From positions 370,884,001 to 370,948,000 of the forward strand of contig OZ024741.1 in NCBI GenBank assembly GCA_964016885.1: a stretch of DNA of 64,000 bases. The letters are read 5' to 3'. The first letter of the stretch is position 1. Each line of letters begins with the position of its first letter. Positions 17,401 through 34,900 of this stretch are shown piece after piece. The DNA is from Eledone cirrhosa (lineage: Eukaryota). The position numbers and the translations under genes are program-made. The notes beneath the pieces are model-generated. The model was not told where the DNA came from. It searched no databases and saw only the letters and a program-made list of their open reading frames with translations.

Positions 17401-20400
17401 CCACCACCACTAACAACACCACCAACACCACCACCAACAAGACTAACACCACCAACACCACCACCAACACCACCACCACTAACAACACCACCAACACCAC
17501 CACCAACAACACTACCACCACCAACTCCTCCACCAACAACACTAACATCACCAACACCTCCACCAACAACACTAACACCACCAGCACCTCCACCAACAAC
17601 ACTAACACCACCAACACCACCACCCACAACACTAACACCACCAACACCACCACCAACAATACTAACACCACCAACACCTCCACCAACAACACTAACACCA
17701 CCAACACCTCCACCAACAACACTAATACCACCAACACCACCAACGACAAAACTAACACCACCAACACAACCAACAACAACACTAACACCACCAACACCAC
17801 CATCAACAACACTAACACCACCAACACCACCAACAACACTAACGCCACCAACACCACCACCCACAACTCTAACACCACCAACACCACCAACGACAACACT
17901 AACACCACCAACACCACCAACGACAACACTAACACCACCAACACCACCACCAACAAAAATAACACCACCAACACCACCACCAACAACACTAACACCACCA
18001 ACACCACCACCCACAACTCTAACACCACCAACGACAACACTAACACCACCAACACCACCAACGACGACACTAACACCACCAACACCACCACCAACAACAC
18101 TAACACCACCAACACCACCAACAACACTAACACCACCAACACCTCCACCAACAACACTAACACCACCAACACCACCACCAACAACACTAACACCACCAAC
18201 ACCACCACCAACAACACTAACACCACCAACACCTCCACCAGCAAAATTAACACCACCAACACCACCACCCACAACACTAACACCACCAACACCACCACCA
18301 ACAACACTAACACCACCAACACCACCAACAACAAAATTAACACCACCAACACCACCACCAACAACACTAACACCACCTACACCACCAACGACAACACTAA
18401 CACCACCATCACCACCAACGACAACACTAACACCACCAACACCACCACCAACAACACTAACACCACCAATACCACCACCCACAACACTAACACCACCAAC
18501 ACCTCCACCAACAACACTAACACCACCAACACCACCACCCACAAAATTAACACCACCAACACCACCAACGACAACACTAACACCACCAACAACACCAACA
18601 ACAACACTAACACCACCAACACCACCAACAACAAAAATAACACCACCAACACCACCACCAACAACACTAACACCACCAACACCACCACCCACAACACTAA
18701 CACCACCAACACCACCAACGACAACACTAACACCACCAACACCTCCACCAACAACACTAACACAACCAACACCACCAACGACAACACTAACACCACCAAC
18801 ACCTCCACCAACAACACTAACACGACCAACAGCTCCAGCAACAACACAAACACCACCAACACCTCCAGCAACAACACTAACTCCACCAACACCACCAACG
18901 ACAACACTAACACCACCAACAGCTCCAGCAACAACACAAACACCACCAACACCTCCAGCAACAACACTAACACCACCAACACCACCAACGACAACACTAA
19001 CACCACCAACACCACCAACGACAACACTAACACCACCAACACCTCCAGCAACAAAACTAATACCATCAACACCACCATCAACAACACTAACACCACCAAC
19101 ACCTCCACCAAAAGCACTAACACCACCAACACCTCCACCAACAACACTAACACCACCAACACCTCCAGCAACAACACTAACACCACCAACACCAGCACCC
19201 ACAACACTAACACCACCAACACCTCCAGCAACAACACTAAAACCACCAACACCATCACCAACAACACTAACACCACAAACACCTCCACCAACAACACAAA
19301 CACATCACCACCTCCACCAACAACACTAACACCACCAACACCTCCACCAACAACACTAACACCACCAACACCACCAACGACAACACTAACACCACCAACA
19401 CCTCCACCAACAACACTAACACCACCAACACTTCCACCAACAACACTAACACCACCAATACCTCCACCAACAACACTAACACCACCAACACCTCCAGCAA
19501 CAACACTAACACCACAAACACCACCACCCACAACACTAACAGCACAAACACCTCCACCAACAACACTAACACCACCTACACCACCACCAACGACACTAAC
19601 ACCACCAACACCTCCACCAACAACACTAACACCACCAACACCACCAACGACACTAAAACCACCAACACCACCATCAACAACACTAACACCACCAACACCT
19701 CCACCAACAACACTAACACCAGCAACACCTCCACCAACAACACTAACACCACCAACACCACCAACGACAACACTAACAAAAACACCACCAACGACAACAC
19801 TAACACCACCAACACCTCCACCAACAACACAAATACCACCAACACCACCGCCAACAACACTAACACCACCAACACCTCCACCAACAAAACTAACACCACC
19901 AACACCACCACCAACAACACTAACACCACCAACACCACCAACGACACCAAAACCACCAACACCTCCACCAACAACACTAACACCACCAACACCTCCACCA
20001 ACAACACTAATACCACCAACACCACCACCAACAACACTAACACCACCAACACCACCACCACTAACAATACCACCAACACCACCACCAACAACACTAACAC
20101 CACCAACACCACCAGCGACACTAAAACCACCAACACCACAACCAACAACACTAACAGCACCAACACCACCAACGACACTAAAACCACCAACACCATCACC
20201 AACGACACTAACACCACCAACACCACCACCACTAACAACACCACCAACACCACCACCAACAACACTAACACCACCAACACCACCACCAACACCACCACCA
20301 CTAACAACACCACCAACACCACCACCAACAACACTACCACCACCAACACCTCCACCAACAACACTAACATCACCAACACCTCCACCAACAACACTAACAC

Positions 20401-23400
20401 CACCAGCACCTCCACCAACAACACTAACACCACCAACACCACCACCCACAACACTAACACCACCAACACCACCACCAACAACACTAACACCACCAACACC
20501 TCCACCAACAACACTAACACCACCAACACCTCCACCAACAACACTAATACCACCAACACCACCAACGACAAAACTAACACCACCAACACAACCAACAACA
20601 ACACTAACACCACCAACACCACCATCAACAACACTAACTCCACCAACACCACCAACAACACTAACGCCACCAACACCACCACCCACAACTCTAACACCAC
20701 CAACACCACCAACGACAACACTAACACCACCAACACCACCAACGACAACACTAACACCACCAACACCACCACCAACAAAAATAACACCACCAACACCACC
20801 ACCAACAACACTAACACCACCAACACCACCACCCACAACTCTAACACCACCAACACCACCAACGACAACACTAACACCACCAACACCACCAACGACGACA
20901 CTAACACCACCAACACCACCACCAACAACACTAACACCACCAACACCACCAACAACACTAACACCACCAACACCTCCACCAACATCACTAACACCACCAA
21001 CACCTCCACCAACAACACTAACACCACCAACACCTCCACCAGCAACACTAACACCACCAACACCTCCACCAACAACACTAAAACCACCAACCCCTCCACC
21101 AACAACACTAACACCACCAACAACACCACCAACAACATTAACACCACCAACAACACCACAAACAACACTAACACCACCAACACCACCAACAACACTAACA
21201 CCACCAACACCTCCACCAACAACACTAGCACCATCAAAACCTCCACCAACAACACTAACACCACCAACACCTCCACCAACAACACTAACACCACCAACAC
21301 CTCCACCAACAACACTAACACCACCAACACCACCAACAACAACACTAACACCACCAACACCTCCACCAACAACACTAATACCACCAACACCACCAACGAC
21401 ACTAACACCACCAACACCACCACCAACAACACAAACACGACAAACACCTCCAGCAACAACACTAATACCACCAACACCACCAACGACAATACTTACACCA
21501 ACAACACCACCACCCACAACACTAACACCACAAACACCTCCACCAACAACACTAACACCACCAACACCTCCACCAACAACACTAACACCACCAACACCTC
21601 CACCAACAACACTAACACCACCAACACCACTAACGACAACACTAATACCACCAACACCACCAACGACAACACTAACACCACCAACACCTACACCAACAAC
21701 ACTAATACCACCAACACCACCACCAACAACACTAACACCACCAACACCTCCACCAACAACACTAATACCACCAACACCACCAACGACACTAACACCACCA
21801 ACACCACCACCCACAACACTAACACCACAAACACCTCCACCAACAACAGTAACACCACCAACACCACCACCAACAACAGTAACACCACCAACACCACCAC
21901 CAACAACACTAACACCACCAACACTACCACCAACAACACTAACACCACAAACACCTCCACCAACAACACTAACACCACCAACACCTCCACCAACAACACT
22001 AACACCACCAACACCACTAACGACAACACTAACACCACCAACACCTACGCCAACAACACTAATACCACCAACACCACCACCAACAACACTAACACAACCA
22101 ACACCTCCACCAACAACACTAATACCACCAACACCACCACCAACAACACTAACACCACCAACACCACCAACGACACTAAAACCACCAACACCTCCACCAA
22201 CAACACTAACACCACCAACACCTCCACCAACAACACTAATACCACCAACACCACCAACAACAACACTAACACCACCAACACCACCAACGACACTAAAACC
22301 ACCAACAACACTAACACCACCAACACCACCAACGACACTAAAACCACCAACACCACCACCAACGACACTAACACCACCAACACCACCACCACTAACAACA
22401 CCACCAACACCACCACCAACAACACTAACACCACCATCACCACCAACGACACTAACATCACCAACACCACCACCACTAACAAAACCACCACCACCACCAC
22501 CAATAACACTAACACCACCAACAACTCCACCAACAACACTAACACCACCAACACCTCCACCACTAACAACACCACCAACACCACCACCAACAACACTAAC
22601 ACCACCAACACCACCAACGACACTAACACCACCAACACCACCACGACTAACAATACCACCAACACCACCACCAACAACACTAACACCACCAACACCACCA
22701 ACGACACTAAAACGACCAACACCACCACCGACGACACTAACACCACCAACACCACCACCACTAACAACACCACCAACACCATCACCAACAACACTAACAC
22801 CACCAACCCCACCAACGACAATAACACCACCAACACCATCACCACTAACAACACCACCAACAACACCACCAACAACACTAAAACCGCCAACACCTGCACC
22901 AACAACACTAACACCACCAACACCACCACCACTAACAACACCATCAACACCACCACCAACAACACTAACATCACCAACACCAACAACACTAACACCACCA
23001 ACACCACCAACGACACTAACACCACCAACACCACCACCACTAACATCAACGCCAACACCACCACCAACAACACTAAAACCACCAACACCACCACCAACAA
23101 CACTAACACCTCCAACACCACCAACAACACTAACACCACCAGCACCTCCACCAACAACACTAATACCACCAACACCACCACCAACAACACTAACACCACC
23201 AACACCACCATCACTAACAATACCACCAACACCACCACCAACAACACTAACACCACCAACACCACCAACGACACTAAAACCACCAACACCACCACCAACA
23301 ACACTAACACCACCAACACCACCACCAACAACACTAACACCACCAACACCACCACCAACTACACTAACACCACCAACACCACCACCAACAACACTAACAC

Positions 23401-25830
23401 CACCAACACCACCACCAACGACACTAACACCACCAACACCACCACCATTAACAACACCACCAACACCACCACCAACAACACTAACACCACCAACACCACC
23501 AACGACACTAACACCACCAACACCACCACCACTAACAACACCACCAACACCACCACCAACAACACTAACACCACCAACACCACCAACGACAACACTAACA
23601 CCACCAACACCACGACCAACAACACTAATACCACCAACACCACCACCAACAACACTAACACCACCAACACCACCACCAACAACACTAATACCACCAACAC
23701 CACCAACAACAAAAATAACACCACCAACACCACCACCAACAACACTAACACCACCAACACCACCAACGACAACACTAACACCACCAACACCACCAACGAC
23801 AACACTAACACCACCAACACCAACACCAACAACTCTAACACCACCAATACCACCACCCACAACACTAACACCACCAACACCACCAACGACAACACTAACA
23901 CCACCAACAACACCAACAACAATACTAACACCACCAACACCACCAACAACAAAAATAACACCACCAACACCACCACCAACAACACTAACACCACCAACAC
24001 CACCACCCACAACAGTAACACCACCAACACCACCAACGACAACATTAACACCACCAACACCTCCAGCAACAACACAAACACCACCAACACCTCCAGCAAC
24101 AACACTAACACCACCAACACCACCAACGATAACACTAACACCACCAACACCTCCACCAACAACACTAACACCACCAACACCTCCAGCAACAACACTAACA
24201 CCACCAACACCACCATCGACAATACTAACACCACCAACACCTCCACCAACAACACTAACACCACCAACACCTCCAGCAACAACACTAACACCACCAACAC
24301 CACCAACGACACTAACACCACCAACACCACCAACGACAACACTAACACCACCAACGCCTCCACCAACAACACTAATACCATCAACACCACCATCAACAAC
24401 ACTAACACCACCAACACCTCCACAAAAAGCACTAACACCACCAACACCTCCACCAACAACACTAACACCACCTACACCAACACCCACAACACTAACACCA
24501 CCAACACCTCCAGCAACAACACTAAAACCACCAACACCACCAACAACAAAAATAACACCACCAACACCACCACCAACAACACTAACACCACAAACACCTC
24601 CACCAACAGCACTAACACCACCAACACCACCAACGACAACACTAACACCACCAACACCACCACCAACGACACTAAAACCACCAACACCTCCACCAACAAC
24701 ACTAAAACCACCAACACCACCACCAACAACACTAACACCACCAACATCTCCACCAACAACACTAATACCATCAACACCTCCACCAACAACACTAACACCA
24801 CAAACACCTCCACCAACAACACTAACACCACCAACGCCTCCACCTACAACACTAACACCACCAACACCACCACCAACAACACTAACACCACCAACACCAC
24901 CAACGACACTAAAACCACCAACACCTCCACCAACAACACTAACACCACCAAGACCCCCACCAACAACACTAACACCACCAACACCACCACCACTACACAA
25001 TACCACCAACACCACCACCAACAACACTAACACCACCAACACCACCAGCGACACTAAAACCACCAACACCACCACCAAAAACACTAACACCACCAACACC
25101 ACCAACGACACTAAAACCACCAACACCACCACCAACGACACTAACACCACCAACACCACCACCACTAACAACACCACCAACACCACCACCAACAACACTA
25201 ACACCACCAACACCAACAACGACACTAACACCACCAACACCACCACCACTAACAACACCACCAACACCACCACCAACAACACTAACACCACCAACACCTC
25301 CACCAACAACACTAACACCACCAACACCTCCACCAACAACACTAACACCACCAACACCTCCACCAACAACACTAACACCACCAACACCACCACCCACAAC
25401 ACTAACACCACCAACACCACCACCAACAACACTAACACCACCAACACCACCAACAACAAAAATAACACCACCAACACCACCACCAACAACACTAACACCA
25501 CCAACACCACCAACAACAACACTAACACCACCAGCACCACCAACGACAACACTAACACCACCAACACCACCACCAACAACACTAACACCAGCAACACCAC
25601 CACCCACAACACTAACACCACCAACACCACCAACGACAACACTAACATCACCAACACCACCAACAACAACACTAACACCACCAACACCACCAACAACAAA
25701 GATAACACCACCAACACCACCATCAACAAAACTAACACCACCAACACCTCCACCAAAAACACTAACACCACCAACACCACCATCAACAACACTAACACCA
25801 CCAACACCAACACCATCAACAACAACAACA
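2447..25830. repeat. Tandem array 1: ~30-bp unit accaccaacacc(t/a)ccaccaacaacactaac, with 27-, 21- and longer variants and kb-scale higher-order duplications
   Basis: Visible periodic ACTAAC over ~23.4 kb (roughly 800 units by length/unit). The + strand is almost G-free. Reads TTNTSTNNTN in one frame, PPTPPPTTLT in a second, and has TAA in nearly every unit in the third. Confidence 0.97.
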
Positions 25831-25949
25831 CCGCCATAAGCCCCCAACAACAACAACAAAAACACCTTCACCACCATAACTAACAATAACAACACCATCA
25901 TTGCTACGACCAACAATAACCTCATCATCCCTACCACCACGACTAACAA

Positions 25950-28900
25950 CACCACCATCGTCACCACGGCCAGTAACAACACCACCATCATCACCACAAC
26001 CAGCAATAATATCACCACATCCAGTAACAACACCACCATCATCACCACAACCACCAATAATATCACCACGGCCAGTAACAACAGCACCATCATCACCACA
26101 ACCACCAGTAGTATCAGCACGGCCAGTAACAACAGCACCATCATCACCACAACCAGCAATAATATCACCACAGCCAGTAACAACACCACCATCAGCACCA
26201 CAACCAGAAATAATATCACCACGGCCAGTAACAACACCACCACCATCACCACAGCCAGCAATAATATCACCACAGCCAGTAACAACACCACCATCATCAC
26301 CACAACAACCAATAATATCACCACATCCAGTAACAACACCACCATCATCACCACACCCACCAATAATATCACCACGGCCACTAACCACACCATCATCATC
26401 ATCACAACCACCAATAATATCACCACGGCCAGTAACAACACCACCATCATCACCACACCCACCAATAATATCACCACCGTCAGTAACAACAGCACCATCA
26501 TCACCACACCCACCAATAATATCACCACAGCCAGAAACAACACCACCATCATCACCACAACCAGCAATAATATCACCACGGCCAGTAACAACACCACCAT
26601 CATCACCACACCCAACAATAATATCACCACAGCCAGTAACAACAGCACTAACATCACCACACCCACCAATAATATCACCACGGCCAGTAACAACACAGCC
26701 ATCATCACCACAACCAGCAATAATATCACCACGGCCAGTAACAACATCACCATCATCACCACACCCAGCAATAATATCACCACACCCACCAATAATATCA
26801 CCACAGCCAGTAACAACACCACCATCATCACCACAACGAGCAATAATATCACCACGGCCAGTAACAACACCACCATCATCACCAAAACCACCAATAATAT
26901 AACCACAGCCCGTAACAACACCACCATCATCACCACAACCACCAATAGTATCACCACGGCCAGTAACAACAGCACCATCATCACCACAACCAGCAATAAT
27001 ATCACCACGGCCAATAACAACACCACCATCATCACCACAACCAGCAATAATATCACCATGGCCAGTAACAGCACCACCACCATCACCACACCCACCAATA
27101 ATATCACCACGGCTAGTAACAGCAGCACCCTCATCACCACAACCAGCAATAATATCACCACAGCCAGTAACAACACGACCATCATCACCACACCCACCAA
27201 TAGTATCACCACGGCCAGTAACAACACCACCATCATCACCACACCCAGCAATAATATCACCACGGCCAGTAACAACACCACCATGATCATCACAACCAGC
27301 AATAATATCACCACAGCCAGTAACAACACCACCATCATCACCACAACCACCAATAATATCACCACCGTCAGTAACAACACAACCATCATCACCACAACCA
27401 GCAATAATATCACCACGGCCAGTAAAAACAGCACCATCATCACCACACCCAGAGATAATATCACCACCGTCAGTAACAACACCACCATCATCAGCACGCC
27501 CACCAATAATATCACCACAGCCAGTAACAACACCACCATCGTCACCACAACCACCAATAATATCACCACGGCCAGTAACAACACCACCATCATCACCACA
27601 ACCAGCAATAATATCACCACGGCCAGTAACATCACCATCATCACCACACCCAGCAATAATATCACCACACCCACCAATAATATCACCACAGCCAGTAACC
27701 ACACCACCATCATCACCACAACGAGCAATAATATCACCACGGCCAGTAACATCACCACCATCATCACCACAAGCAGCAATAATATCACCACGGCCAGTAA
27801 AAACAGCACCATCATCACCACACCCACAGATAATATCACCACCGTCAGTAACAACACCACCATCATCAGCACGCCCACCAATAATATCACCACAGCCAGT
27901 AACAACACCACCATCGTCACCACACCCACCAATAATATCACCACGGCCAGTAACAACACCACCATCATCACCACAACCAGCAATAATATCACCACGGCCA
28001 GTAACAACAGCACCATCACCACCACAACCAGCAATAATATCACCACGGCCAGTAACAACACCACCATCATCACCACACCCACCAATAATATCACCACCGT
28101 CAGTAACAACACCACCATCATCACCACAACCAGCAATAATATCACCACAGCCAGTAACAATACCACCATCATCACCACAACCAGCAATAATATCACCACC
28201 GTCAGTAACAACACCACCATCACCACCACAACCACCAATAATATCACCACAGCCAGTAACAACACCACCTTCATCACCGCACCCAGCAATAATATCCCCA
28301 CGGCCAGTAACAACACCACCATCATCACCACAACCAGCAATAATATCACCACAGCCAGTAACAGCACCACCATCATCACTACAACCACCAATAATATCAC
28401 CACCGTCAGTAACACCACCATCATCATCACCACACCCACCAATAATATCACCACAGCCAGTAACAGCACCACCATCATCAACACAACTATCAATAAAATC
28501 ACCACAGCCAGTAACAACACCACCATCATCACCACAACCACCAATAATATCACCACGACCAGTAACAACAGCACCATCATCACCACAACCACCAATAATA
28601 TCACCAATATCCAGTAAGAACACCACCATCATCACCACACCCACCAATAATATCACCACGGCCAGTAACAACACCATCATCATCATCACAACCAGCAGTA
28701 ATATCACCACAGCCAGTAACAGCACCACCATCATCACCACACCCACCAATAATATCACCACGGCCAGTAACAACACCATCATCATCACCACAACCAGCAG
28801 TAATATCACCACAGCCAGTAACAACACCACCATCATCACCACAACGAGCAATAATATCACCACGGCCAGTAACAACACCACCATCATCACCAAAACCACC

Positions 28901-31900
28901 AATAATATAACCACAGCCAGTAACAACACCACCATCATCACCACAACCACGAATAGTATCACCACGGCCAGTAACAACAGCACCATCATCACCACACCCA
29001 GCAATAATATCACCACACCCACCAATAATATCACCACAGCCAGTAACAACACCACCATCATCACCACAACGAGCAATAATATCACCACGGCCAGTAACAA
29101 CACCACCATCATCACCAAAACCACCAATAATATAACCACAGCCAGTAACAACACCACCATCATCACCACAACCACGAATAGTATCACCACGGCCAGTAAC
29201 AACAGCACCATCATCAACACAACCAGCAATAATATCACCATGGCCAGTAACAGCACCACCACCATCACCACACCCACCAATAATATCACCACGGCCAGTA
29301 ACAGCAGCACCCTCATCACCACAACCAGCAATAATATCACCACGGCCAGTAACAACACCACCATCATCACCACACCCACCAATAGTATCACCACGGCCAG
29401 TAACAACACCACCATCATCATCACACCCAGCAATAATATCACCACGGCCAGTAACAACACCACCATCATCACCACAACCAGCAATAATATCACCACAGCC
29501 AGTAACAACACCACCATCATCACCACAACCACCAATAATATCACCACCGTCAGTAACAACACAACCATCATCACCACAACCACCAATAATATCACCACGG
29601 CCAGTAACAACAGCACCATCATCACCACAAACAGCAATAATATCACCACGGCCAGTAACATCACCACCATCATCACCACAATCAGCAATTATATCACCAC
29701 GGCCAGTAACAACACCACCATCATCACCACACCCACCAATAATATCACCAGGGCCAGTAACAACACCACCATCATCACCACAACCAGCAATAATATCACC
29801 ACGGCCAGTAACATCACCACCATCATCACCACAAGCAGCAATAATATCACCACGGCCAGTAAAAACAGCACCATCATCACCACAACCAGCAATAATATCA
29901 CCATGGCCAGTAACAACACCACCATCATCACCACACCCACCAATAATATCACCACGGCCAGTAACAACACCGCCATCATCACCACAACCAGCAATAATAT
30001 CACCACGGCCAGTAACAACATCACCATCATCACCACACCCAGCAATAATATCACCACACCCACCAATAATATCACCACAGCCAGTAACCACACCACCATC
30101 ATCACCACAACGAGCAATAATATCACCACGGCCAGTAACAACACCACCAGCATCACCACAACCTTCAATAATATCACCACGGCCAGTAACAACACCACCA
30201 TCATCACCACAACCAGCAATAATATCACCACGGCCAGTAACAACAGCACCATCACCACCACAACCAGCAATAATATCACCACGGCCAGTAACAACACCAC
30301 CATCATCACCACACCCACCAATAATATCACCACACCCACCAATAATATCACCACAGCCAGTAACCACACCACCATCATCACCACAACGAGCAATAATATC
30401 ACCACGGCCAGTAACAACACCACCATCATCACCACAACCAGCAATAATATCACCACGGCCAGTAACAACACCACCATCATCACCACACCAGCAATAATAT
30501 CACCACGGCCAGTAACAACACCACCATCATCACCACAACCAGCAATAATATCACCACAGCCAGTAACAACAGCACCATCATCACCACAACCACCAATAAT
30601 ATCACCACAGCCAGTAACAACACCACCATCATCACCACACCTACCAATAATATCACCACGGCCAGTAACAACACCTCCATCATCACCACAACCGACAATA
30701 ATATCACCACGGCCAGTAACAACACCACCATCATCACCACAACCAGCAATAATATCACCACGGCCAGTAACAACAGCACCATCATCACCACAACCAGCAA
30801 TAATATCACCACGGCCAGTAACAACAGCACCATCATCACCACAACCAGCAATAATATCACCACAGCCAGTAACATCACCACCATCATCACCACAACCACC
30901 AATAATATCACCACGGCCAGTAACAACACCACCATCATCACCACAACCAGAAATAATATCACCACGGCCAGTAACAACACCTCCATCATCACCACAACCA
31001 GCAATAATATCACCACGGCCAGTAACAACAGTACCATCATCACCACAACCAGCAATAATATCACCACCGTCTGTAACAACACCACCATCATCACCACAAC
31101 CAGCAATAATATCACCACGGCCAGTAACATCAGCACCATCATCACCACAACCAGCAATAATATCACCACGGCCAGTAACAACAGTACCATCATCACCACA
31201 ACCAGCAATAATATCACCACATCCAGTAACAACACCACCATCATCACCACAACCACCAATAATATCACCACGGCCAGTGACAACACCACCATCATCACCA
31301 CACCCGCCAATAATATCACCACAGCCAGTAACAACAGCACCATCATCACCACAACCAGCAATAATATCACCACGGCCAGTAACAACACCACCACCATCAG
31401 CATACCCACCAATAATATCACCACGGCCAGTAACAACAGCACCATCATCACCACAACCAGCAATAATATCACCACGGCCAGTAACTACACCACCATCATC
31501 ACCACAACCACCAATAATATCACCACAGCCAGTAACAACACCACCATCATCACCACAACCACCAATAATATCACCACGGCCAGTGACAACACCACCATCA
31601 TCACCACACCCGCCAATAATATCACCACAGCCAGTAACAACAGCACCATCATCACCACAACCAGCAATAATATCACCACGGCCAGTAACAACACCACCAC
31701 CATCAGCATACCCACCAATAATATCACCACGGCCAGTAACAACACCACCATCATCACCACAACCAGAAATAATATCACCACGGCCAGTAACAGCAGCACC
31801 ATCATCAGCTCAACCAGCAATAATATCACCACGGCCAGTAACAACACCACCACCATCAGCATACCCACCAATAATATCACCACAGCCAGTAACAACCCCA

Positions 31901-34900
31901 CCATCATCAACACAACTACCAATAAAATCACCACGGCCAGTAACAACAGCACCATCATCACCACACACACCAATAATATCACCACGGCCAGTAACAACAC
32001 CACCATCATCACCACAACCAGCAATAATATCACCACGGCCAGTAACAACACCACCATCATCACCACAACCAGCAATAATACCACCACGGCCAGTAACAAC
32101 ACCACCATCATCATCACAACCAGCGATAATATCACCACGGCCAGTAACAACAGCACCATCATCAACACAACCAGCAATAATATCACCACCGTCAGTAACA
32201 ACACCACCATCATCACCACAACCAGCAATAATACCACCACGGCCAGTAACAACACCACCATCATCATCACAACCAGCAATAATATCACCACGGCCAGTAA
32301 CAACAGCACCATCATCAACACAACCAGCAATAATATCACCACCGTCAGTAACAATACCACCATCATCATCACAACCAGCAATAATATCACCACGGCCAGT
32401 AACAACACCACCATCATCACCACAACCAGCAATAATATCACCACGGCCAGTAACAACACCACCATCATCACCACAACCAGCAATAATATCACCACGGCCA
32501 GTAACAACACCACCATCATCACCACAACCAGCAATAATATCACCACAGCCAGTAACAACACCACCATCACCACCACAACCACCAATAATATCACCACGGC
32601 CAGTAACAACAGCACCATCACCACCACAACCAGCAATAATATCACCACGGCCAGTAACAACACCACCATCATCACCACACCCACCAATAATTTCACCACC
32701 GTCAGTAACAACACCACCATCATCACCACAACCAGCAATAATATCACCACAGCCAGTAACAACAGCACCATCATCACCACAACTACCAATAATATCACCA
32801 CGGCCAGTAACAACACCACCATCATCACCACACCCAGCAATAATATCACCAGGGCCAGTAACAACACCACCATCATCACCACACCCACCAATAATATAAC
32901 CACGGCCAGTAACAACACCACCATCATCACCACAGCCAGCAATAATATCACCACGGTCAGTAACAACAGCACCATCATCACCACACCCAGCAATAATATG
33001 ACCACCGTCAGCAACAACAGCACCATCATCACCACAACCAGCAATAATATCACCACGGCCAGTAACAACACCACCATCATCACCACAACCAGCAATAATA
33101 TCACCACGGCCAGTAACAACAGCACCATCACCACCACAACCAGCAATAATATCACCACGGCCAGTAACAACACCACCATCATCACCACACCCACCAATAA
33201 TATCACCACACCCACCAATAATATCACCACAGCCAGTAACCACACCACCATCATCACCACAACGAGCAATAATATCACCACGGCCAGTAACAACACCACC
33301 ATCATCACCACAACCAGCAATAATATCACCACGGCCAGTAACAACACCACCATCATCACCACAACCAGCAATAATATCACCACGGCCACTAACAACACCA
33401 CCATCATCACCACAACCAGCAATAATATCACCACGGCCAGTAACAACACCACCATCATCACCACAACCAGCAATAATATCACCACAGCCAGTAACAACAG
33501 CACCATCATCACCACAACCACCAATAATATCACCACAGCCAGGAACAACACCACCATCATCACCACACCTACCAATAATATCACCACGGCCAGTAACAAC
33601 ACCTCCATCATCACCACAACCGACAATAATATCACCACGGCCAGTAACAACACCACCATCATCACCACAACTAGCAATAATATCACCACGGCCAGTAACA
33701 ACAGCACCATCATCACCACAACCAGCAATAATATCACCACGGCCAGTAACAACAGCACCATCATCACCACAACCAGCAATAATATCACCACAGCCAGTAA
33801 CATCACCACCATCATCACCACAATCACCAATAATATCACCACGGCCAGTAACAACACCTCCATCATCACCACAACCAGCAATAATATCACCACGGCCAGT
33901 AACAACACCACCATCATCACCACAACCAGAAATAATATCACCACGGCCAGTAACAACACCTCCATCATCACCACAACCACCAATAATATCACCACGGCCA
34001 GTAACAACACCACCATCATCACCACAACCAGCAATAATATCACCACGGCCAGTAACATCAGCACCATCATCACCACAACCAGCAATAATATCACCACGGC
34101 CAGTAACAACAGTACCATCATCACCACAACCAGCAATAATATCACCACATCCAGTAACAACACCACCATCATCACCACAACCACCAATAATATCACCACG
34201 GCCAGTGACGACACCACCATCATCACCACACCCGCCAATAATATCACCACAGCCAGTAACAACAGCACCATCATCACCACAACCAGCAATAATATCACCA
34301 CGGCCAGTAACAACACCACCACCATCAGCATACCCACCAATAATATCACCACGGCCAGTAACAACAGCACCATCATCACCACACCCAGCAATAATATCCC
34401 CACGGCCAGTAACAACACCACCATCATCACCACAACCAGAAATAATATCACCACGGCCAGTAACAGCAGCACCATCATCACCTCAACCAGCAATAATATC
34501 ACCACGGTCAGTAACAACAGCACCATCACCACCAAACCCACCAATAATATCACCACAGCCAGTAACAACCCCACCATCATCAACACAACTAACAATAAAA
34601 TCACCACAGCCAGTAACAACAGCACCATCATCACCACACACACCAATAATATCACCACGGCCAGTAACAACACCACCATCATCACCACAACCAGCAATAA
34701 TATCACCACGGCCAGTAACAACACCACCAACATCACCACAACCAGCAATAATACCACCACGGCCAGTAACAACACCACCATCATCATCACAACCAGCAAT
34801 AATATCACCACGGCCAGTAACAACAGCACCATCATCATCACAACCAGCAATAATATCACCACGGCCTGTAACAACACCACCACCATCAGCATACCCACCA

